A DNA stretch of 64,000 nt from Rhodanobacteraceae bacterium (GTDB lineage: Bacteria; Pseudomonadota; Gammaproteobacteria; Xanthomonadales; Rhodanobacteraceae): the NCBI GenBank assembly GCA_035552915.1, contig DATNEQ010000021.1:7031-71030 (forward strand). Reading direction: 5' to 3'. Shown one piece after another: positions 35,987-49,635 of the stretch. A program made the translations under genes and the position numbers. Position 1 is the stretch's first letter. Each line of letters starts with the position of its first letter. The notes below the pieces were generated by a model, which had not been told where the DNA came from, searched no databases, and saw only the letters and a program-made list of their open reading frames with translations.

Positions 35987-37393
35987 TCAGGCTCGCGGCA
36001 GCGACTGCCAGGCCGCGAGCGCGGCCTGGCGCGAGGCCGCCGGATCGGCCATCGGCGGCGGATAGCCGCACGCGGCCAGTGCTTGCGGATCGCGCGCGGG
36101 TTCGTGCAACAAGCGCGCGGGCAGCGTGGCCAGTTCCGGCAGCCAGCGTTTCAGATAAGCCGCGTCGGGATCGAATTTCTCGGCCTGGGCGAATGGATTG
36201 AATACGCGAAAGTAAGGAGCCGCGTCCGCGCCGCATCCGGCGATCCATTGCCAGCCCAGCGTATTGCTGGCGAGATCGGCGTCGACCAGCGTATCCCAGA
36301 ACCAGCGCGCGCCGTGCCGCCAATGCTGGCGCAAGTTCTTGCTCAGCCAGCTCGCGGTCACCATGCGCACGCGGTTGTGCATCCAGCCGGTGTGCCACAG
36401 CTCGCGCATGCCGGCATCCACCAGTGGCACGCCGGTGCGGCCGCGCTGCCAGCGCCATAGCGCGTCATCGTCGCTCGCCCAGCGGAAGGCATCGAAGCGC
36501 GGATTGAAGTTTTCCTCGGACGTGCGCGGGAAGTGGTACAGCAGGTGATGCGCGAATTCGCGCCAACCCAGTTCGCGCAGGAACGGTTCGGCGTCGATAT
36601 GCCGGCGCCTTGCATCGCGCGACCGCAACGCGTGGGAGATCTGCGCCGGCGTGATCTCGCCGAAGTGCAGGTGCGGCGACAGCCGCGAGGTGCCGTGGCG
36701 CCCGGGCAGGTCGCGGCCGCGCGCGTAATCGGATGCGGCATCATCGAGGAACAACGACGACTGCTCGCGCGCCCCCGCTTCGCCGGGCCGCCAGGTTTCG
36801 TGCAGGCCTGCATCCCACGGAATGCGCGGCAGCAATGCCAGCGAATCCAGTGCTGCGCCGCCCGACAGTTTCAGCCATTGCCCGGCTTTCGCTGGCGGCA
36901 GTGGCGCGCGTTCCGGCAATTGCGCGCGCAGCTTGCGCCAGAACGGCGTGAACACACGGTAGGGCTGTGCTTCCGCGGTAGCCAGCTGCCACGGTTCGCA
37001 CCACAGATTGCCGGGCAGGCTCTCCGCCGCGATGCCGTCGGCGCGCAGCGCCGCTTTGATCAGCTTGTCGCGCTGAATAACCGAAGGTTCGTACAAGCGG
37101 TTCCAGTACACCGTCTTCGCCTTGCTGCGCTTGATGAGTTCGCGCAGGCAATCAAGACTGTCGCCGGCGACGAGGTGCAGTCGGCCACCGTGAGATTCGA
37201 GTTGTCCCTGCAGGGCGTGCAGCGAATGGTGCAGCCACCAGCGGCTGGCGGCGCCGGGTTGCCACGGCGCTTCTTCCTGCGGCGCATGCACGTACGCCAC
37301 CAGCACGCGATCATGCGCAGCGCACGCGGCTGTGAGCGCGGGGTTGTCCGCGAGACGCAGGTCGCGTCGCAGCCAGACCAGTGCCGTGCTCAT
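35987..37393 (-). CDS. phrB: deoxyribodipyrimidine photolyase (class I CPD photolyase / cryptochrome family)
   Basis: Start moved to MSTALVWLRRDLRLADNPAL. The FAD-binding C-terminal half contains GWREFAHHLLYHFP, TGVPLVDAGMRELWHTGWMHNRVRM and WQWIAGCGADAAPYFRVFNP. Confidence 0.9.
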   Translation of the reverse strand: MSTALVWLRRDLRLADNPALTAACAAHDRVLVAYVHAPQEEAPWQPGAASRWWLHHSLHALQGQLESHGGRLHLVAGDSLDCLRELIKRSKAKTVYWNRLYEPSVIQRDKLIKAALRADGIAAESLPGNLWCEPWQLATAEAQPYRVFTPFWRKLRAQLPERAPLPPAKAGQWLKLSGGAALDSLALLPRIPWDAGLHETWRPGEAGAREQSSLFLDDAASDYARGRDLPGRHGTSRLSPHLHFGEITPAQISHALRSRDARRRHIDAEPFLRELGWREFAHHLLYHFPRTSEENFNPRFDAFRWASDDDALWRWQRGRTGVPLVDAGMRELWHTGWMHNRVRMVTASWLSKNLRQHWRHGARWFWDTLVDADLASNTLGWQWIAGCGADAAPYFRVFNPFAQAEKFDPDAAYLKRWLPELATLPARLLHEPARDPQALAACGYPPPMADPAASRQAALAAWQSLPRA

Positions 37394-37409
37394 CGGCTCA
37401 CGCGTCGGG

Positions 37410-38201
37410 TCAGGCGCGATCGCGCGCGGCAGCGGCATTCCACAACAGCGCGACCGGCTGTCCCGATGGACCTGCAGCGCCGATCGTGCCGGTGGCGATC
37501 ACAGGACCGGTCGGCTGGCCGGTCGGCGAACCGCCCGGGGGTTCGATCGACACCGCGAGTGTCGCGGTCGGGCCGAGCCGCGCCAGCAGCGCCTTGTCGA
37601 GATCCAGGGTGGTCGGCGCATCCGGCACGATCATGCCGACCGCGATGGGCTTTTCGCCTTTCGGGATCAGCCACAGTTCCGGTGCGTGCCCGGGCGCGAA
37701 CGACTGCGGCGAAGCGGGCACGATGATCATGCTGGCCTTGGCGATATCCATCGTTGCGGTCCACCCGACCCGTCCGTCGGTCTGGGTGATGGTGGCGGCC
37801 ATGTACGGGATCACCGGCTTCGGCGGCATCAGCACGAAACGCTGCACCAGCAGCAGCAACAGACACGCTGCGGCCAGCGCGCTGGCGCCGAAAGCGATGC
37901 GCTGCCAGAAGCGCAGGTTCTGCCACAGGCCCATTCCTGTTGCGCGGGCGGATGGCGCGGGCACATCGTCCCATTGCAACGCGCTGCGGATGCGCGACCA
38001 GAGATAAGGCGGCACTTCTTCCGCCGCGATCTCGGCGGCCAGCGGCAGCAGCCGCTGTTGCCACAACGCCACCGCGGTCGCGGCTTCGTCGCTGCCCGCG
38101 ATCTCGCGCGCGACTTCCGCGCGCGCGTCTGCGTCCAGCACCCCGAGCACGTATTCGGCGTAGCGCAGATCTTCGCGGTCTTGGTCGAAACTCGTGTTCA
38201 T
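37410..38201 (-). CDS. anti-sigma factor, RskA-like (single TM, extracytoplasmic RskA-type C-terminal domain)
   Basis: Start moved to MNTSFDQ (ATGA overlap with the sigma gene). N-terminal helical anti-sigma domain without an HxxxCxxC zinc motif, a central TM segment (IAFGASALAAACLLLLLV), and C-terminal PELWLIPKGEKPIAVG. Confidence 0.72.
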   Translation of the reverse strand: MNTSFDQDREDLRYAEYVLGVLDADARAEVAREIAGSDEAATAVALWQQRLLPLAAEIAAEEVPPYLWSRIRSALQWDDVPAPSARATGMGLWQNLRFWQRIAFGASALAAACLLLLLVQRFVLMPPKPVIPYMAATITQTDGRVGWTATMDIAKASMIIVPASPQSFAPGHAPELWLIPKGEKPIAVGMIVPDAPTTLDLDKALLARLGPTATLAVSIEPPGGSPTGQPTGPVIATGTIGAAGPSGQPVALLWNAAAARDRA

Positions 38202-38782
38202 GACTCCAGGCACGTCCGCAGTTGCAGCAATCCACGGCGAATCCAGCTTTTCATCGTGCCCAGGGGCACGCTGCAGCGGGTCGCCAGCTCGTTATACGTG
38301 GCACCGGAGAAAAAGGCTTCACGTAACGAACGTTGTTGCCTCGGTTCCAGTTCGTCGAGGCATTCCTGCAGCCTGCGGTATTCCTGATCCCGTTCTGCGC
38401 CGGTAGCGGGGCCGGCTTGTACGTCCGGTACGCCGTCGAGGTCGAGGGGCTGGTCCGGTAGCAGTTCGCGGTGCTGGCGCAGGCGGTCGATGCATTTGTT
38501 GCGCGCTAGCGTTATCAGCCAAGTCATGGCCGACGCGCGCGCGGCATCGAAGCTGTCGGCGCGCCGCCAGAGCGTGGTGTAGATATCCTGCAGCGCGTCC
38601 TCGGCTTCGCGACGCTCGCGCAACATGCGCAGGCAGACGCCAAACAGCCTGGCGGAGGTCGCTCGATAGAGCGTCGCGAACGCATCGCGATCGCCGCGCG
38701 CCACGGCGTCGATCAGCTCTGCGAGTTCTGGGGTTTCCGCGGCGGATGCCTCACTCATGCCGCGAAGCATTGCAGCAAGCAC
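38198..38782 (-). CDS. ECF (group 4) RNA polymerase sigma factor, SigK-like by context
   Basis: Region 2 (DAFATLYRATSARLFGVCLRMLR...EDALQDIYTTLW) and region 4 (RQQRSLREAFFSGATYNELATRCSVPLGTMKSWIRRGL). Possible starts are GTG 38782, ATG 38770 and ATG 38758. Confidence 0.88.
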   Translation of the reverse strand: MLAAMLRGMSEASAAETPELAELIDAVARGDRDAFATLYRATSARLFGVCLRMLRERREAEDALQDIYTTLWRRADSFDAARASAMTWLITLARNKCIDRLRQHRELLPDQPLDLDGVPDVQAGPATGAERDQEYRRLQECLDELEPRQQRSLREAFFSGATYNELATRCSVPLGTMKSWIRRGLLQLRTCLES

Positions 38783-38821
38783 GTGTCGGCCGCAACAGCG
38801 AGCTCGTTTCCTTGCGCCCGA

Positions 38822-40717
38822 TCAGACTTCCAGCGAAGCCAGATCGCCTTTTTCTTCCAGCCATTGGCGGCGATCGGCGGCGCGTTTCTTGGCCAGCAGC
38901 ATGTCCAGCAGTTGCGAGGCCGCGTCGCCGTCATCGACGGTGAGCTGCACCAGCCGGCGCGTGTCGGGAGCGATGGTGGATTCGCGCAACTGCGCCGGAT
39001 TCATTTCGCCGAGGCCCTTGAAGCGCGTGATCGAAACCGCACCCTTGATCTTCTCGCGCTCGACGCGCGCCAGCAGCGCCTCGCGTTCGCCTTCGTCGAG
39101 GCAATAGAAAACCTGCTTGCCTACGTCCACGCGGAACAGCGGCGGCATTGCCACGAACACGCGTCCCTCGCGCACCAGCGCGGGGAAATGCCGCAGGAAC
39201 AGCGCGCACAGCAGGGTGGCGATGTGCAGGCCATCGGAATCCGCGTCCGCCAGCACGATTACCTTGCCGTAGCGCAGGCCCGAGAGATCGTCGCGACCCG
39301 GATCGCAGCCGACGGCGATGGCGAGGTTGTGCACTTCCTCCGAGGCCAGCACCGAACCGGATTCGACCTCCCAGGTGTTGAGGATCTTGCCGCGCAGCGG
39401 AAGGATCGCCTGGTAATCCTTGTCGCGCGCCTGTTTGGCGGAACCGCCGGCGGAATCGCCCTCGACCAGGAACAACTCGGTGCGGTCCGGATCGGAGGAC
39501 GCGCAATCCGCGAGCTTGCCCGGCAGCGCCGGGCCTTGCGTGATCTTCTTGCGCACCACTTGTCTGGCCGCCTTCAACCGTGCCGAGGCGCGCTCGATCG
39601 CGAGCTGCGCGATCGCTTCGCCGGCGGCGACGTGCTGGTTGAGCCACAGCGAGAACGCATCGTGCAACGCGTTTTCCACCGAGCCCGCGGCCTCGCGCGA
39701 AGACAAACGTTCCTTGGTCTGGCCGGCGAACTGCGGATCGCGCATCTTCAGCGAGAGCACGAAGGCGAGCCGGTCCCACACGTCCTCGGGGGCCAGCTTC
39801 ACCCCACGCGGCAGCAGGTTCCGTAATTCGCAGAACTCGCGCAGTGCGTTGGTGATGCCGGAGCGCAGGCCGTTGACGTGCGTGCCGCCCTGCACGGTGG
39901 GAATCAGGTTGACATAGCTTTCCTGCACCAGTTCGCCTTCCGGCAGCCACGCGAATGCCGCGTCGATGCCGCCGTTTTCGCGCGCGAGGTGCTGCACGAA
40001 CAGTTCCGCCGGCAGGCATTCCGCGCCCTGCAGTTCGGCTTTCAGGTAATCGGCCAGGCCGTCCTCGTAATGCCATTCCTCGCGCTCGCCGCCGGCTTCG
40101 TCCAGCAGGCGCACGGTGAGGCCCGCGCACAGCACGGCCTTGGCGCGCAACAGATGCTTGAGTTTGGGCAGCGAGATCTTCGGCGAATCGAAGTATTTCG
40201 GATCGGGCAGGAAACGCAGCGTTGTTCCCGTGCTGCGCTTCGCCACTTCGCGCACGATCTCCAGTTTGCCCAGCGGTTCGCCGTGCGCGAAACGCATGCG
40301 GTATTCGCGGCCGTCGCGCCGCACCAGCACCTCCAGGTGCGAGGACAGCGCATTGACCACCGACACGCCCACGCCGTGCAGGCCGCCGGCGAAGGCGTAG
40401 TTGCGATCGGAGAACTTGCCGCCCGCGTGCAGGCGGGTGAGGATCAGTTCCACGCCGCTGACGCCTTCTTCCGGATGGATGTCCACCGGCATGCCGCGGC
40501 CGTCGTCACTCACTTCGACCGAGCCGTCCGCGTGCACGATCACCTCGACCACGTGCGCGTGGCCGGCCAGCGCCTCGTCCACCGAGTTGTCGACGACTTC
40601 CTGCACCAGATGGTTGGGCCGGCTGGTGTCGGTGTACATGCCGGGCCGGCGGCGCACCGGCTCCAGCCCGCTAAGGACTTCGATGTCGACAGCGTTGTAG
40701 CGCGTATTGAGAGCCAT
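38822..40717 (-). CDS. parE: DNA topoisomerase IV subunit B
   Basis: Start moved to MALNTRYNAVDIEVLSGLEPVRRRPGMY. GHKL ATPase, TOPRIM (ELFLVEGDSAGG) and PLRGKILN motifs. About 631 aa, without the GyrB-specific insertion. Confidence 0.92.
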   Translation of the reverse strand: MALNTRYNAVDIEVLSGLEPVRRRPGMYTDTSRPNHLVQEVVDNSVDEALAGHAHVVEVIVHADGSVEVSDDGRGMPVDIHPEEGVSGVELILTRLHAGGKFSDRNYAFAGGLHGVGVSVVNALSSHLEVLVRRDGREYRMRFAHGEPLGKLEIVREVAKRSTGTTLRFLPDPKYFDSPKISLPKLKHLLRAKAVLCAGLTVRLLDEAGGEREEWHYEDGLADYLKAELQGAECLPAELFVQHLARENGGIDAAFAWLPEGELVQESYVNLIPTVQGGTHVNGLRSGITNALREFCELRNLLPRGVKLAPEDVWDRLAFVLSLKMRDPQFAGQTKERLSSREAAGSVENALHDAFSLWLNQHVAAGEAIAQLAIERASARLKAARQVVRKKITQGPALPGKLADCASSDPDRTELFLVEGDSAGGSAKQARDKDYQAILPLRGKILNTWEVESGSVLASEEVHNLAIAVGCDPGRDDLSGLRYGKVIVLADADSDGLHIATLLCALFLRHFPALVREGRVFVAMPPLFRVDVGKQVFYCLDEGEREALLARVEREKIKGAVSITRFKGLGEMNPAQLRESTIAPDTRRLVQLTVDDGDAASQLLDMLLAKKRAADRRQWLEEKGDLASLEV

Positions 40718-40910
40718 GCGGGAAAGCTTGTTCAGCCAGCCACGCAGCATGGCGAAGCGGGCAGGAGCGGTCAATGCGCCGGCCGGTGTCGGGCATGCGA
40801 ACGCCATCAGCTTCCGTAATTCGATTCAGCTTCCGGTTTGCCATGCGCGGGGATGATTCGCCCGCGCCAACGAGGGGGCGCGCCAACCAAAACTCCAGGA
40901 GTGATTCATC

Positions 40911-41129
40911 ATGCGTAAGCTCATCCTCACGGCGCTCGTCGCCGCGGCGTTCTCCCTGCCTGCCTTCGCACAGACCACCAGCGCGCCGGCCGCGGCTTCC
41001 ACCGCTGCCAAGGCGTCGACCAGCACTTCCTCGACGAGCAGCAAGCATCACAAGCATCATCATCACAAGAAGGCGGCCAGTTCCTCCAGCAGCTCTGCGC
41101 CCATGTCGGCTTCGACCAGCGGCCACTGA
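40911..41129 (+). CDS. small secreted low-complexity Ala/Ser/Thr-rich protein with a His/Lys cluster
   Basis: 72 aa. AGGAG lies 9 nt upstream of the ATG. Signal peptide MRKLILTALVAAAFSLPAFA, and the KHHKHHHHKK run. A strong terminator follows immediately. Confidence 0.6.
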   Translation: MRKLILTALVAAAFSLPAFAQTTSAPAAASTAAKASTSTSSTSSKHHKHHHHKKAASSSSSSAPMSASTSGH

Positions 41130-41156
41130 GCTTCATTGGGATTCATTGCGGATCCG

Positions 41157-41183
41157 AACGCCCCGGTTTCCGGGGCGTTTTTT
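41157..41183 (+). terminator. rho-independent terminator
   Basis: AACGCCCCGG-TTT(C)-CCGGGGCGTT followed by a T6 run, 28 nt after the stop of the small His-rich gene. Confidence 0.78.
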
Positions 41184-41262
41184 GTGGGGCTCCGCACGAT
41201 TCAGCCGCGGTTGCCACGCGCGGCCGAGGATGCGGCCTGAAATGCCGGTCGGGAAGTCTCCC

Positions 41263-41526
41263 ATGCGCGCGCTCGTTCGCTTCGTCGTGTTGTCCGCCAG
41301 CCTGGCTTTGCCGGCATTCGCCGGAAAGGTGCAGGACACCGGCAGCGCGCCCGCAGCGGCGGCCAGTGCGCAACAGGGCGGTGATCCGGTCGTGTCGATC
41401 GATGTCCAGCAGGATCAGGAGGCGGCGCGTGCGGCTTCCACGCAGTCCATGATCCACCGGCTTTTGCCGGTTTCTCCTGCTTCCGCAGGCAGCGCGTTGC
41501 CGCCGGCGAGCGCCCGCAGTGGTTGA
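41263..41526 (+). CDS. small secreted protein of unknown function
   Basis: Sub-ORF of track ORF 40774..41526, starting at MRALVRFVVLSASLALPAFAGK. The signal peptide resembles that of the gene at 40911 (both end LPAFA). The Shine-Dalgarno sequence is weak. Confidence 0.45.
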   Translation: MRALVRFVVLSASLALPAFAGKVQDTGSAPAAAASAQQGGDPVVSIDVQQDQEAARAASTQSMIHRLLPVSPASAGSALPPASARSG

Positions 41527-41562
41527 TGCGCGGGTCCGCGGAAATTCCGCGGCACGGCGGCG

Positions 41563-45924
<4,362 letters not shown>

Positions 45925-45939
45925 TCGATACCGTTGTAA

Positions 45940-47277
<1,338 letters not shown>

Positions 47278-47301
47278 CGCGCGCGCAGGGGGAGCGCGGT
47301 C

Positions 47302-47628
47302 ATGATGCGCTGGGTCGCGCTGATCCTGGTCGTGCTGCTGATCGCGCTGCAATTGAAGCTGTGGCTGGGCGAGGGCGGCATGCGCGATCTCGATGCGCTG
47401 CGCGCGCGGGTCGCGGCGCAGGAATCCGAGAACGCACAGCTGAAAAAGCGCAACGAGGCGCTCTCCGCCGAGGTGCAGGATCTCAAGCACGGCCAGCAGG
47501 CCATCGAGGCGCGCGCGCGTTCCGAATTGGGATTGATCAAGCCCGGCGAAACGTTCTATCAAGTGGTGACGCCGGCGCCCGGCGCGTCGGCTGCGCAGAA
47601 TCCGCAGGACGCCGACGATGGCCACTGA
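47302..47628 (+). CDS. ftsB: cell division protein FtsB
   Basis: 108 aa. N-terminal TM, a coiled coil, and ARSELGLIKPGETFYQV. Canonical eno-ftsB-ispD context. Confidence 0.85.
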   Translation: MMRWVALILVVLLIALQLKLWLGEGGMRDLDALRARVAAQESENAQLKKRNEALSAEVQDLKHGQQAIEARARSELGLIKPGETFYQVVTPAPGASAAQNPQDADDGH

Positions 47629-48319
47629 CACGGGGGCGCTCTGGTGCGTGGTGCCGGCGGCCGGCCGCGGTGCCCGTTTCGGCGGCGATGTTCCCAAGCA
47701 ATACCTGCCGCTCGCGGGACGCGTGTTGATCCTGCACACGCTGGAACGCCTCGCCGCGCATCCGCGCATCGCCGGGCTGATGGTGGTACTCGCCGCGCAG
47801 GATCACTGGTGGCCCGGCGTACGCGAAGTCAACGGCAAGCCCGTGCGGACCGCGAGCGGCGGCTCCGAGCGCGGCGATTCGGTGCTGTCGGGGCTGCGCG
47901 CATTGCCGGATTCGGTGGGCGACGCGGACTTCGTGCTGGTGCACGATGCGGCGCGTCCGTGCGTGCGTTACGAAGACATTGGCCGCCTGATTTCCGAAGC
48001 GGCCTTGGCCGGTGGCGGGCTGCTGGGCGCGCCGCTCCGCGACACGCTCAAGCGTACCGACGGTGCGAATCGCAGCGTCGTCACGGAATCACGCGAGGCG
48101 CGCTGGCGCGCGCTGACGCCGCAGATGTTCCGCCGCGGCGAATTGACGATCGCGTTGGAACGCGCACGCAACCAAGGCGTCATCGTCAGCGACGAGGCCA
48201 TGGCGATGGAGCGCTCGGGTCATCAACCGCTGCTGGTCGAAGGCGCGGAGGACAACATCAAGGTGACCACGCCGGCCGACCTGGCGCTGGCGGAATTCCT
48301 GCTGGAGCGCACGCCATGA
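47618..48319 (+). CDS. ispD: 2-C-methyl-D-erythritol 4-phosphate cytidylyltransferase
   Basis: [12 protein letters not shown]...[14 protein letters not shown]. Overlaps the ftsB end by 11 nt. Confidence 0.9.
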   Translation: MATDTGALWCVVPAAGRGARFGGDVPKQYLPLAGRVLILHTLERLAAHPRIAGLMVVLAAQDHWWPGVREVNGKPVRTASGGSERGDSVLSGLRALPDSVGDADFVLVHDAARPCVRYEDIGRLISEAALAGGGLLGAPLRDTLKRTDGANRSVVTESREARWRALTPQMFRRGELTIALERARNQGVIVSDEAMAMERSGHQPLLVEGAEDNIKVTTPADLALAEFLLERTP

Positions 48320-48810
48320 ATCCGGCGATACGCGTCGGCCAGGGTTACGACGTCCACGCGTTCGGCCCGGGCGATCACGTGATGCTGGGCGGCGTGCGCG
48401 TGCCGCACACGCGCGGCGTGGTCGCGCATTCGGACGGCGATGTCGCGCTGCATGCCTTGTGCGACGCGTTGCTCGGCGCGCTGGCACTGGGCGACATCGG
48501 CCGGCATTTCCCCGACACCGATCCTCGCTGGAAAGGCGCGGACAGCCTGGATTTGCTGCGCCACTGCGCCGGGCTGGCGCGCGAGCGCGGCTACGCGCTC
48601 GGGAACGTCGACATCACGGTCATCTGCGAGAAGCCGAGGTTGGCGCCGCACGTTGAGGCGATGCGTGCGCGCATCGCCGAAGCCACCGGTTGCGCGGCCG
48701 ACGCGATCAGCGTCAAGGCGACCACCAGCGAGAAGCTCGGGTTTGCCGGCCGCGGCGAAGGCATCGCGGCGATGGCGATGGCACTCCTTGTACCTTTGTC
48801 CAGTCAATGA
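48316..48810 (+). CDS. ispF: 2-C-methyl-D-erythritol 2,4-cyclodiphosphate synthase
   Basis: [12 protein letters not shown]...[39 protein letters not shown] overlap with ispD. Confidence 0.93.
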   Translation: MNPAIRVGQGYDVHAFGPGDHVMLGGVRVPHTRGVVAHSDGDVALHALCDALLGALALGDIGRHFPDTDPRWKGADSLDLLRHCAGLARERGYALGNVDITVICEKPRLAPHVEAMRARIAEATGCAADAISVKATTSEKLGFAGRGEGIAAMAMALLVPLSSQ

Positions 48811-48852
48811 ATTAGCGGCCATTCCGCAGGCGAGATCGAGCCCCTTCGCGGG

Positions 48853-49557
48853 TCAGTCCTGGCTGGACTCCGCGCCGGACTCCAGCAGGAAATCCGTGTA
48901 CTGGAAGCGGTGCTCGCGCAGCACCGATTTGCCGCGCAGCAAGGGCAGCGATGCGTCGAACAGCGGACCGCCGCAGGCGAGCGTGTGGAACTCGCCGCGT
49001 TCGCCGCAGGGATCGACGCCCTCGGGCAATTCGTCGAGCAGGGCAGTGTCGTAGTCGCGACCGGAAAATGTTCCATCCAGTTGCGTGGTGTCCACGCAGG
49101 TCAGCAGTGCGCGATGACCGGCCGCCACGAATGCGCGCGACAAGATACAGGTGTCGCTGCCCCAAAGGGGAAAGACGCCGATCCAGCCTTCGCGCTGCAA
49201 CTGGTGTTCGCGGTACGCGCGCACGTCTTCCAGAAAGAGATCGCCGAACGCGCAGTGGCGCAACCCCGGCCAGCGTTCGCCCGCCTGCCGCAACGCATTC
49301 GCATGCGCGGCCTCGTAGGCTTCGTTGTTCGACGGCCAATCGATGGTGCATTCGATCAATGGCAGTCCGAGCACACGGGCCTGTGCCAGCAAGACATCGC
49401 GGCGGATGCCGTGCATGGCGACGCGGTCGAACTGGCGCGTGATGGTGGTAAGCAAGCCGACCACCTGCCATCGCGGATCGGCGCGCAGGCGCTGCAACGC
49501 CATCAGGCAATCCTTGCCGCCGCTCCATGCGAGCAACACGGGTGTGCCCGCATTCAT
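48853..49557 (-). CDS. adenine-nucleotide alpha-hydrolase superfamily protein (Dph6/MJ0570-like ATP pyrophosphatase, DUF71)
   Basis: Start moved to MNAGTPVLLAWSGGKDC (PP-loop SGGKD). C-terminal GERGEFHT motif. Confidence 0.7.
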   Translation of the reverse strand: MNAGTPVLLAWSGGKDCLMALQRLRADPRWQVVGLLTTITRQFDRVAMHGIRRDVLLAQARVLGLPLIECTIDWPSNNEAYEAAHANALRQAGERWPGLRHCAFGDLFLEDVRAYREHQLQREGWIGVFPLWGSDTCILSRAFVAAGHRALLTCVDTTQLDGTFSGRDYDTALLDELPEGVDPCGERGEFHTLACGGPLFDASLPLLRGKSVLREHRFQYTDFLLESGAESSQD

Positions 49558-49635
49558 GGTGCGGTCAATCCGAAGCGCGAGCAATGCGACATTGCCGAAC
49601 GAAAATCGTACCGCACAGGTACGCCAGTGGGGCCC

